Shown here piece after piece: positions 38,986-50,726 of a DNA stretch of 64,000 nucleotides (positions are counted from its first letter, which is position 1; each line of letters begins with the position of its first letter). The DNA is from Mobula hypostoma (Eukaryota). A model generated the notes under the pieces. The model was not told where the DNA came from. It searched no databases and worked only from the letters and a program-made list of their open reading frames with translations. Location of the stretch: NCBI RefSeq assembly GCF_963921235.1, contig NC_086108.1, positions 8,184,001 to 8,248,000 on the forward strand, given 5' to 3'. A program made the position numbers and the translations under genes.

Positions 38986-39058
38986 CACCAAATCCCAGGA
39001 TCGAACTAGGGACCTTTCAATCTTCAGTCTAATTCTCTCCCAGGGGAGCTATTTCAGC
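38986..39058 (-). pseudogene. tRNA-Phe(GAA) pseudogene / tRNA-derived copy
   Basis: GCTGAAA TA GCTC CCCTGGGA GAGA A TTAGA CTGAAGA TTGAA AGGTC CCTAG TTCGATC CTGGG ATTTGGT G. Aligns without gaps to vertebrate tRNA-Phe recalled from memory (about 59/73); D-loop/A box and anticodon stem are damaged. Confidence 0.85.
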
Positions 39059-39879
39059 AAATGTCATGATACACGTGAGTGACGATAAACCTGATTCTGA
39101 TATGGGTCTCTATTGCAGGCTGAGAGAGTGGGAAGGGGGCAGGAAGAGGGGATCATAGTTGGGAAAAGGGGAAGAGAGAGGGGAGGGAGCAGGAAATCCC
39201 AAAGAAACTTTCTTTAATGATCTACAAAGCATTTGTATAGAATCAAATAACCTTGCCGGGTGTCACTTAACATGGGTGTGTCTGCACCTGCATCTTGGCC
39301 CCCCTCCCTCTCGGCTCCTTCTCTGTCACCCCTCCCACACCTCTCCCATGGTGCTTCCAACATCCTTTGCTCCTGCCAGATTTACAAACTAGGTCTGCGC
39401 TCCACGTTGACAAACACAGTGCTATACAAAAGTCCTAGGCACCCTCGCTATATATACGTGCCTAAGACTTTTGCACAGTACTATAGGATAAGACTGCTCA
39501 GCACAGACACAATGGGGCAAAGTACCAGACACAATTCAAGACCTTACAGTCCTCAAGTGGCAACTAGAGCAGGACAATAAATCTGGCTCTGCTCCATCAC
39601 ACAATGAAGACGTAGAAATTAACAACGGCAAAGTCATGACAGCCTACAGCCTAGATCAAGAAATGCAATAACACCAAGAGTGACGTAAACTTAGAGAGGA
39701 GCCCTCTGCTCTGATCCAACACTTGAAAACCAAAGTACAAGGTCAACTTATTACCTCAGTACAAAGACCGAGGTACAGGAGCGTATCGGTTATCAAAATG
39801 CTTCACGGCACAAGTGATCAGGTGTGTCTGACTTCAAATGCTTCCTCAATACCAACAGCCTCCATCTTCAGCAAAGTTA

Positions 39880-40330
39880 GAGTAATAGAAAAGTACAGCA
39901 CAGAAACAGGTCGTTCGGGCCATCTAGTCAATACTGAACCATCAAACTGCACTGGGACCAGAGCCCTCCGTATCTCTACCGTCCATGTACCTATACAAAC
40001 TTCTCTTAAACATTGAAATCAAGCTCGCATTTAACACTTCTACCAGCAGCTCGTTCCACACTCTCACCACCCTCTGAGTGAAGAAGTTTCCCCTCATGTT
40101 CCCCTTAAGCTTTTCACCTTTCACCCTTAACCCATGACCTCTGGTTGTAATCCCACCCAACCTCATTGGAAAAAGCCTGCTTGTATTTACCTTATCTATA
40201 CCCCTCATAATTTTGTATACCTCTATCAAATCTCCTCTCGATCTTCTATATTCCAAGGAATAGACTCCTAGCCTATTTCATCTTCCCTGATAATTCAGGT
40301 CCTCTAGTCCCAACAACATCCTTGTAAATT
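39880..40330 (-). mobile_element. CR1 LINE 3' end
   Basis: RRSRGDLIEVYKIMRGID...TRGHGLRV...FFTQRVVRVWNEL. Similar CR1 pieces at ~27440-27780(-), 40625-40960(-), 43045-43420(-), 44090-44300(-), 44660-45010(+), 48000-48240(+) and 50000-50470(-). Confidence 0.88.
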
Positions 40331-41519
40331 TGTAAAAACTTAAAGTAAATTTTATTATCAGAGTACATGTATGTCACCATATACAGCCCCGAGATTCATT
40401 TTCTACAGGTATTCACAGCAAGTAACTACAAAGAAACACAATCAAACCAATGAAAAACCGCACACAAGACACACAACGTGCAAAAGACAACCGACTGCAA
40501 ATACAAAAAAAAGAACAAAATAATAAATATATAAGCAATAAATATGGAGAACATGAGATGAAGAGTTCTTGAAAGTGATTCCACTGGCTATGGGAACAGT
40601 TAAGTGTTGGGGTGAGTGAAGTTAGAAGACCATTTATAGAAGCAGAATTAGGCCATCTGGCCCATCGAGTCTGCTCCACCATTTCATCATGGCTGATTCA
40701 TTTCCCTCTCAGCCCCAATCTCCTGCCTTCTCCCATGCCCTGACTAATCAAGAACCTATCTACCTCTGCCTTATATATACCCAATGACTTGTCTTCCACA
40801 GTTGCCCGTGGCAACGAGTTCCACAGATTCACCCCCCTTTGGCTAAAGAAATTCCTCCTCATCTCCATTCTCAAAGGACATCACTCTATTCTGAGGCTGT
40901 TCCCTCTCATCTTAGACTCTCCCACTGTAGGAAACATCATCTCCACATCCACTCTGTCAACAGCTACCCCCTGTGGTTCAGGAGCCGGATGGTTGAGGGG
41001 TAGTAACTGTTCCAGACCCTGCTGTGCAAGTCCTGAGGCTCCTGTAGCACCATCCTGATGGTGGCAGTGAGAAAACAGCAGGGCCTGGATGCTGGTGGGG
41101 TGGGAACGTGGCACACACCTGCCCCGAGACCTCCACCTGGACCCAAAGGTCAACGGGAACAGGCGGCTTTTAGCAGTCCCACCCTGAACACAAAACCTTG
41201 CAGCTGCAGATCCTGAGACCTGCTCTGAGTCTGAAAAGCGGTAAATAGATTAAATATCTGGCATTCTTCAGAAAAGAAAAATGAAACATTTGCTGGAATG
41301 CAAACCATCTGGGCCCAGATGCTGCCTACTCCATTGTTCAGTGGTTGCTGGGGCTGCGGGACATTAACTCTATGTGTGCCAGTGCGTTGGCCGGCGGGAG
41401 GGACACGTTGCAGAGTAACACTGCAGGAACTCAGCAGGTCAGGCAGCATCTATGGAGGGGAATAAACAGTTGATGGTTCGAAGTTCAAAGTAACATTTAT
41501 TATCAGAGTACATACTGAG

Positions 41520-41850
41520 AGGCAGTAACTGTTCTTGAACCTGGTGGTGTGGGTTCTGAGGCTCTTATTCCTTCTACCTGATGGCAGCAGCGAGAAGAGA
41601 GCACGGCCTGGGTGGTGGGGGTCTCTGATGATGGATGCTGCTACTCCTATGACAGCGTTTCATGTAGATGTGCTCAATGGTTGGGAGGGCTTTACCCGTG
41701 ATGTACTGGGCCAAATCCACTACCTGTTGTAGGATTTTCTGTTTAAAGGCATTGGTGTTTCCATACCAGGCTGTGATGTAGCCAGTCAGTACACTCTCCA
41801 CTACAGACCTGTAGAAGTCTGTCAAGTTGTCGATGTCATGCTGAATCTGG
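41520..41850 (-). mobile_element. Rex1/Babar-like LINE fragment
   Basis: LTDFYRSVVESVLTGYITAWYGN...LQQVVDLAQYITG. Confidence 0.75.
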
Positions 41851-41924
41851 TTGAGGTCATTCATATCTAATCCTTAAGCTTTCAGCCGGAAATGTTAACT
41901 CCGCTGGAAAAAAATCGGAAAATG

Positions 41925-42520
41925 TGTGGATTGGGTGGTTGATGGTTGTTTGAGTTGTTCTCCAAACTTGGCATTCCATTTGCAAACATTTCGTCACCAT
42001 ATGACAAGACTAATGTGGTCTACAAAATCCAATGTGGGGACTGCAGCAAATGTTACGTCAGCCGAACTGGGAGAAAACTATCCACAAGGACCTGTGAACG
42101 TCACCTGGCTGTAAACCAACTCCCCTCGTCTCCACCCATGGAGATCGAAAGGGGCACAAATTCAGCTGGGTATCGGTGAAAGTCGTGGTGCAAGTAAACA
42201 AGCAGCATGCAAAGGAATTCCTAGAAGCGTGGTTTTCCGCAAACAATTTCTGCAAACTGACACGTACACCTTGATCCTATTTATCGGCAGATGTGGGCAA
42301 AATTGCAGACCACGCAGAGAGTTCATCACACAACCAATCAGTGACGAGACCCCTCCCTACATCACAATTGGCAGCCAATCAGCTGATTGATAAGTCTACA
42401 AAGGACAAGTGTTTGGAGGGCACACCACAATCAATAGCACACTGACGATGTCTCCTCGTATGGTGATGAAACGTTTGCAAATGTATTGCCAAGATCAGAG
42501 AACTGACCTCAAACACTAAC
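41925..42520 (+). mobile_element. Penelope-like element (second family): GIY-YIG endonuclease fragment with inverted pseudo-LTR
   Basis: KTNVVYKIQCGDCSKCYVSRTGRKLSTR; ~41950-42004 is an inverted copy of ~42457-42512. Confidence 0.82.
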
Positions 42521-45009
42521 TGTGTTTTCTCTCCATCTACAGACCACATTACTGTCTTCACCTCACAGAGAAAAATCAACATGAGCTTATTCTATTATAT
42601 GAGAGGTGTTATACGAGTTGTACATTCTGTTATGAGGGGTGTTATATGAGTTGTACATTCTGTTATACGAGTTGTACGTTCTGTTATGAGGGGTGTTGTA
42701 TGAGTTATGGTACTGTAGTGCAGCGGCTAGCACAACACTTTACAACACCAGCTGTAAGACTGGGGTTCAAATCCTGGCGCTGCTTGTAAGGAGTTCATGC
42801 GTTCTCACTGTGGCCGCAAGGGTTTCCTCCGGGTGCTCCTGTTTGCTCACACAGCCCAAAGACATACAGCTATGATTACTAAATTGTAAGCAAGCTATGT
42901 TGGCAGTAGAAGTGTGGTGACACTTGGAAGCTGCTCCCAGCACGATCCTCACTGATCTAATTTGACAAAAAACAACGCATTTCACTGTATATTTCAACAA
43001 ACATGTGACAAATAAAGCTAGTCTTTATTCTGGTCCAAATTAAGAACATAAGACTATAAGATATAGGAGCAGAATTAGGCCATTTGGTCCATCGAGTCTG
43101 TTCCACCTTTTCATCATGACTGATCCATTTTCCCTCTCAGCCCCAATCTCCTGCCTTCTCTCCGTATCCCTTCATGGCCTGACTAATCAATAATCTATCA
43201 ACTTCTGCCTTAAATATACTCAATGACTTGGCCTCCACAGCCGCCTATGGCAAAGAATTCCACAGATTCACCACTCCCTGGCTAAAGAAATTCCTCCTCA
43301 TCTCCATTCAAAAAGGACATCCCGCTGTTCTGGGGCCGGTCCTTAGATACTGGTCCTGGAATCTCCTACCAATGGAAACATCCTCACCACATCTAATCTA
43401 TCAAAGGCCTTTCAATATTAAAACTCCTGAAATTAGTAGGGGAGCTGGAATCCAGCAAGGCCTGTGGCCTATTGATCTGACCTTCAGCAGTGTATCACTG
43501 CAGACTAGAGAGAATTATCTGTGTTTGCCTCCTTCCCACTCACTGTTTATGTTACAACCCTATTACATAGCCACCAGCGATTATTGCTTCCTTGGGAAAT
43601 AGTGAATCCCTCTTGTCTCATGAGAAGATTTTCTCTCTCTCTCTGTTCCTGACTGCAAAAGACATTCTGTCCCACATTCCAAACCAATCTGGGCAGCACT
43701 CCAGCCAAGCCCAGCCAGGGCTGCAGGTCAAACCCAACACTATTAAAACACGTCAACACAACCACTTCCAGGTCAGAAGGTCATATTGTCTTTCATGGTA
43801 AGTATGTAAGGGCTGTGGAAATCTTTTGTCAAGAAAAAGACTCAGAAGTCCCCTCCCACTTCCTGCCCTAAATCTTCCTCTGTTAAATTGTTAAATCCTC
43901 CTCTGGGTTCTTATGACACCAAGTAAACACTTTTGGAAAATTGCTTTGGAAGAATGGAGTTTTGTAACTATCGCAATTATTAGTTTTGGAGAAGCTTCAC
44001 AAATACAGAACCCCTCCCTGAATTGGGACAGCTACAATCTGAACCTTGTCAGTTATGGAGAGGAGAGGATAAGTGGCCTGCACTGACTTTCACAAACCCT
44101 TGGCAACCGCACCCCTCTGTCCCAATCATCTGCAAACTTGGCCACAAAGCCATCAATTCTGTCATCCAAATCATTGACATATAACGTGAAAAGAAACAGT
44201 CTTCATAGTGACCATGTGGAACAGCACTAGTCACCAGCTGCCAACCAGAAATGACCTCCTTTATTCCCACTTCTTGGCTCCTGCCAGTAAGCCAATCTTC
44301 TGTCTCCAGTTTCCTCCCACATTCCAAAGACATATGGGTTAGGGTGAGTAAGTTGTGGGCATGCTACGTTGGTACTGGAAGCATGGCAACACTTGCGGGC
44401 TGCCCCCAGCACATCCTCGGACCGTGCTGGTCGTTGACACAGTTGACGCACTTCACTGCATGTTTCGATGTACGTGACAAATAGAGCCAATTTTTAATGC
44501 TGAATAACCCCTCCCACAACGTTAGCCTCCCTCAGTATCACCCCCCCCACAGTATGCCCCTCCCTCAGTACCACCCCTCCCACAGTGTGTCCCTCCTTCT
44601 ATAATGCACCTCTGACAATGTGAAGCACCCTCAGTAGCACCTGGATAGGCTGCACGGAAGGGGAGGGGGTATCTCATTGACACCTAATATCGAAAGGCCT
44701 AGACCATGTAGACGTAGAGAGTGGGAGTAATGTAGCAGAGGGCACAGCCTCAGAATAGAGGGACGTCCCTTTAGAACAGAGATGAGGAGGAATTTCTTGA
44801 GCCAGTGGGTGGTGAATCTGTGGAATTCATTGCCAGTGACAATTGAGGAGGCCAAGGCAGGTTGATAGGTCTTTGATTAGTCAAGGCATCAAAGGTTATG
44901 GAGAGAAGGCAGGAGAATGAGATTCAGGGGGATAATAAATCAGCCATGATTGAATGGTGGAGCAGACTTGATGAGCCAAATGGCCTAGTTATGCTCCTGT
45001 GTCTTATGG

Positions 45010-45360
45010 TGCTCCTCCTCCCTCCGTTTCTCCCATAAACCACTCTGCTTTCCTATCAGATTCCTTCTTCAGCCCTTTACATCTTCTGCCTATTACATCC
45101 CAGCTTCCCACTTCATACCCCCATTTCCCACCCACACACCTTCCCCCTCACCTGGTCTCACCTATCACCTGCCATCTTGTACTCTCTCCACCCACCCCAC
45201 CACCTCCTTCTGAATTCCTCCCCCTCCCTTTCCGGTCCTGATGAAGGGTTTCAGCCCAAAACGTGGGCTGTTTATTCCCCACCATAGATGCTGCCTGACC
45301 TGCTGAGTTCCTCTAGCATTTTGTGTGATCTCTCAGGATTTCCAGCATCTCCAGAACCTC
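45010..45360 (+). mobile_element. Penelope-like pseudo-LTR with hammerhead remnant
   Basis: cggtc-ctgatga-agggtttcagccc-aaaa-cgtg-ggctg (45233-45270), then tgctgcctgacctgctgagttcctctagca. Confidence 0.72.
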
Positions 45361-46369
45361 TTGTGGTTGTGAAGCGTAACACCTACAGAGAAGATGCAGT
45401 GGATGTAGACAATAAGGAACAAGATCGTAATGAAGTCTAGGGAACCATTCAATAGTCTCATAACAGAGGGTAGAATCTGCCCTTGACCCTGATGGTACAC
45501 TTTTCAAGATTCAAGGTTGTTTAATGTAATTTCCAGTACACAAGTGTAGAGGACAACGAAATAGTTGTTACTCTGGATTTGATGCAGCAGAAAACAAAAC
45601 AATAAGATAAGAGAAACAATAATAATAAAAGAAACACAATAAACACATAAGACACTTATACACATAGATCGATTGTATGTCCGTAAAATGACGCTAAGCA
45701 TAGGAGTCTCTGTACATAAGGTGACTCTGAAGGGAAGTGGTATTTGGGGGTTTGTTGGGGTGCAAGTGTTGATCAGCCTTACTGCTCGGGGAAAGGAACT
45801 GTTTTTCATCATGGATGCTACATAGCCTCCTCCCTGATGGGAGTGGGACAAACAGTCCATGAATAGGATAGGTGGGTGGGATCCTTCATGGAGTTACTGG
45901 TCCTATTCAGGGACCTTTCTGTATATACATCCTTGATGGCAGGTAGGCTGGTACCAATGAGGCATTGGGCAAGTTGACTACCCATTGTAGATCGTTCCAG
46001 TCCACCACAGTGCAATTTCCATAAGCTCGTATCTCTCCCCTGTTCTTCTACACTCCACGAATGAAGTCCCCACCTGTTCAGATGCTCTCCATCACTCAGT
46101 GCCTCTCTATGGAAGGCCCCTCTGTCTCTCCCAGTTCTCCAGATTCCCTGTCGCACTGCACCGCTCCACAGGACGCGGGGACTGGATCATGTAGATGGAG
46201 CGACTCAGTTTACGGGCATCATATCGTCACTTCCCACCACCCTTCACCCTTCACCCTTCTGCCCATTAACATAGGAAGGGCTCTCAGCACATTCTGCGAA
46301 CTTTGTGATCACGGATAATGTCTAACCATGCCAAGCCAAAGGAAAACAGATAAATGTCACATCATGGAT

Positions 46370-47075
46370 TGTGTCACTACCATTCAGGGCCCAAAACAGT
46401 CCTTCCAGGTGAGGCAACACTTCACCTCCAAGTCTGTTGGTGCCATATACTGTATCTGATGCTCCCAATGTGGCCTCCTGTATATCATTGAGAGCCAATG
46501 TAGACAGTGAGACCGCTTTGCCGAGCACCTTCACTCCATCCACCACAAAAAGCAGAGTCCCCCGCTAGCCACCCATTTCAATTCTACTTCCCATTCCGAA
46601 GTCCATGGCTTCCTCCACTGTCATGGCGGCCGTAGAGTTAGAGGAGCAACACCGCGTGTTCCATCTGGGTAACCTCCAAGCTGATCACATGAACATCAGT
46701 TCCTCAAACTTCCAGTAATTGCTCCTCCCTCCTTCTCTCCTTCACCATTCCCAGTTCCCTCTCTCACCTTATCTCCCTGCCCATCTTCTCCCTCTGGCGC
46801 TCCTTCCCCTTCCCTTTCTTCCATGGTCTTCTGTCCTCTCTTATCAGATTCCCCCTCTCCAGCCCTTTATCACCAATCTACTTCCCAGGCTCTTTACTTC
46901 ACCCCCTTCCTGCACACCTGGTTTCACCTGTCACCTGCCTCCTTGCACCTCCCCCCAACTTCTTACTCCGACTTCTCTTCCTTTCCAATCTCAGCCCGAA
47001 ACGTCGAATGTTTATTCATTTCCACAGATGCTGCCTGACCTGCTGAGTTCCTCCAGCACTTTGTGCACGTTGTTC
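46370..47075 (+). mobile_element. Penelope-like element, GIY-YIG region + pseudo-LTR
   Basis: TTIQGPKQSFQVRQHFTSKSVGAIYCI*CSQCGLLYI...DRFAEHL...ATHFNS; agcccgaaacgtcga. Confidence 0.82.
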
Positions 47076-49614
47076 ACCGTGCACTGGAGTTCCTCCCGGA
47101 CACACTTGGAGGGAGAGGAACTCTGTTCTCAGTGCTGGAGGAACCAGACGACTATGGACACTAAACTAGCAAACCTTATGTTATGGATGTGGGTCAGCCA
47201 GAGGCTGTATCAACTCAAAATCCATGGATCAACTCCACTTCTCGTGGATTAAAGTGCCGAGGAAGATTAAGATCAACGAGGACAGGAGTTTGACAACATC
47301 TGCCTGTGTTTCACTGGCCTCTCTCTCTCTCCCCATCGTGTTCACTGAATATTGAGATAAACCAAACATTTCTAGATTGTTTTGGTGACTTTGTGGTTTG
47401 ATGTTTTAAATTCTGTGTTTTTTTGCACTGTTTTTGCTTTTTGTGCAATTTGTTCTTTTTTGCGCATTGGGGGTTTCTTATTTTTTTTGAATGGGTTCCA
47501 TGGTTTTCTTTGTTTTGAGGCTGTCTGTAGGAAGATGAATCTCAGGGTTGTATACGGCATTATACTTTGATAATAATTATACTTTGAATCTTTGAAATCT
47601 ACTATCTTGGTGTTAGGGTGAAATCTACTATCTTGGTGTTAGGCAGAGAAGGAAAACTCTGATCTCAAGCCTCTGCTGCCTTGCAGCTATGCCCACTCAC
47701 GGGGAAGTCTTCGGGAGTAAACCCCGAAGGAAAAATCCGGAGCTGGAGTCCCTAAGGCAGCCCTACGTTGAGTTCAATGCTGACTGACAACTCCTGCGAC
47801 TCTGCTGGTGCCAAACTGTGTGGGAGTCTGCCGTTCCTCAGCCATGTGGTGAGGGGGAGCCTGTTGAACAGGCAACAGTTTGTTGTCCATATCATACTGC
47901 CCTGGCTTGCGAATCAACTACATAGATAGCAAGGACGCCATCAACCCGGACCAATTGAGGCTTCACAGCTGTTAAACATTTGCTTTTTAAGGGAGGAATG
48001 AGGGGGAAGTGACATTGAAACATACCAAATATTGAAAGGCCTAGAGTGGACATGGAGAGACTGTTTCCTATGGTGGGGTGGGGGGGGGGTCCTAGTCCCA
48101 GAGCCACAGTCTCTGAATAGAAGGACATCACATTAGAACAGAGATGAGGAAGAATTTCATTAGCTAGAGGGTGGTGAATCTGTGGAATTCATTGCCACAG
48201 ACAGCTGTGGAGGCCAACCCACTGAGCATAGTTAAAGTGGAAACCAACCTCCAGCCCACCCCCATGGACTCAGTCTACACTTCTCGCTGCCTCAGTAAAG
48301 CAGCCAGCAGAATCAAAGACCTTGCCCGCCCCAGACATCATCTTTTCTCCGCCTTCTCGTTGGGCAGAAGGTACAACTGCTTGAAAACACAGTCCACCAA
48401 TCAGAAGGACAACTTCTATCCCAAAATGGTGTTTATTGAAACATTCCCCAGAATAATAAGATAGAATCTTGACCTTACAATTGACATCATGACGAGGCAA
48501 TGTCCCGAAGAGTCTCTTCATGAAACATCGACTGTTTGTTCCTCTCTATAGATGCTGCCTGACCTGCTGAGTTCCTCAGCATTTTATGTGTGGTCCTCTA
48601 CCTCGTTATCACCTTACACCTTATTGTCTACCTGCACTGCACTTTCTCTGTAATTTTTAATGCTCTGCAGCTTTTTTTGTTGCGACCTTACGCAATTTTG
48701 ATCAGGGCAGCCTGCAGATAACGAACGACACAGCACCAGGTTGAACTAGAACTGAGCTGAACTGAATATGCCTGGACTCTTTTGATTTTGTGTTTTATAT
48801 TCTGTGCTTGTCGCTTGCTTTTTTTTTTGTGCCATTTGCGCAATTTTCTTTGTGCATAGTAGGAGTTTCATGAATTTCTTACAGCAGGGGTTCCATAGTG
48901 TTTCTTTGTTTCGTGGCTACCTATAGGAAGACAAATCTCAGGGTTGTATACTGCATACATACTTTGATAATAAAAGTACTTGGAATCTTGCAACTTCGAA
49001 TTAATATCTTTCTGTTTTATATTTCTTATATTCTTTTACCTTATACCTTTACCTTTTTTTGTACTTGTTTACCTGTTTTTTAACCTTTTTAACACGTTTT
49101 AATGTGCTCTACATTTTTTTTTATCTTTTCTGGTTTTTTGTTTTAATTTTTCTTATTGTTTAAGCTATTACATTTCTTATCCTTTTTCAAAACCTTTTTT
49201 ACTTGTTCGACCATTTTTGTTTTGTCTTTCTGTTCTTCCTTTCCCCTGTTTCTATCACAGTGCACTGTGTAATGAATGATCTGATCCACAGGAACAGCCT
49301 GCAAGAGAGAATGAAGGGTCGCGGCCTGAAACGCCAATGGTTTCCATACGTTAAAGGTGGCATCCATCATTAAGGACCCACATCACTCAGGTCATGCCCT
49401 CTTCTCATTGCTACCATCACAGGGTGGTGGTACAGGAGCCTGAAGGCACACACTCAATGATTCAGGAACAGCTTCTACTTCCCCACTGCCATCCCATTTC
49501 TGAATGGACGTTGAACCCAAAAACACTACCTCACTACTTTTTTATTTTGTTCTCTTTTTGTGCTAATTATATAATTTAAGTTTATACACACCAACACACA
49601 CACACATATTTTTT

Positions 49615-49970
49615 TTATTTATTCATTTACGGGATGTGGGCGTCGCCAGCTGAGCCAGCATTTATTGCCCATCCCTAGTTGCCCTTGAGAAGGTGGAGAT
49701 GAGCTGCCTTCTTGAACCACTGCAGTCCCTGAGGTGTAGGTACACCCACAGTGCTATTAGAGAGGGAACTCCATGATTTTGATCCAGCGACAATGAAGAA
49801 ACAGCGATATATTTCCAAGTCAGGATGGTGAATGACTTGGAGGGGGATTTCCAAGTCGTAGTGTTCCCAGGTATCTGCTGATCTCGTCCTTCTAGATGGT
49901 AGTGGTCGTGGGTCTGAAAGGGGCTGCCTTAGGAACTTTGGTGTGATGTTGCAGTGCATCTCGTAGATAG
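49615..49970 (-). mobile_element. CR1/L2-type LINE 3' end (distinct family)
   Basis: FIVAGSKSWSSLSNS...GLQWFKKAAHLHLL; tail aatgctggc...gacgcccacatccc...aataaa. Confidence 0.65.
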
Positions 49971-50726
49971 AAGGTGCCCACAGCCATCAAGTGCACCATA
50001 CACCTTGACCCTTTCATTCCTGGAATTAATTCTCGTGAACCTTCTCTGGACTCTCTCCAATACCGACACATCTTTTTTTTACATAAGGGGCCCAAAACGA
50101 CTCACAACAGTCCATGTGTGGTCAGACCAATGCTTTAGATATTCTCAGCATTACATCCTTGCTTTGTTACTCCAGTCCTCTCGGAATGAATGGTAACATT
50201 GCATTTGCCTTCCTCACCATCGACTCAACCGGCAAGTTAACCTTTAGGGAATCCTGCACAAGGACTCCCAAGTCCCTTTGAAGCTCTAATGTTTGAATTT
50301 TCTCCCTGTTTAGAAAACAGTCTATGTCTTTATTCCTTCTACCAAAAGGCATGACCATACACTTCCCTGCACTATGTTCCATCTGCCACGTCTTTGGCCG
50401 TTCTCCCAATCTGTCTAAGTTCTTCAGCTGGCTCCCTGCTTCCTCAGCACTTCCTGCCTATCTTCATATTGTCCATAATCGAGTACTGAGGCGAGAACTG
50501 AACATGATGTTTAAACAACGATTTAGGTGAATTGGATTGGCTGCATACTGACATCTGGGTTCCCGGGGACTTCTGGAGGAAGACGAGCTGGATCATCTAC
50601 TCAGCACTTTTGAATGAAGATTGTTGCAAATACCTCAGCCTCAGCTTTGGGACATCTTTATATACACAAACACATATACATGCACCCACACACACATACA
50701 AACATACACACACGCTCACACACATA

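Noticed and set aside
43790..43870. Plus-strand donor-like ATG|gtaagt and an ETS-like cacttcctg in non-repetitive sequence
   Set aside because: Isolated short motifs; no supporting exon or promoter structure.
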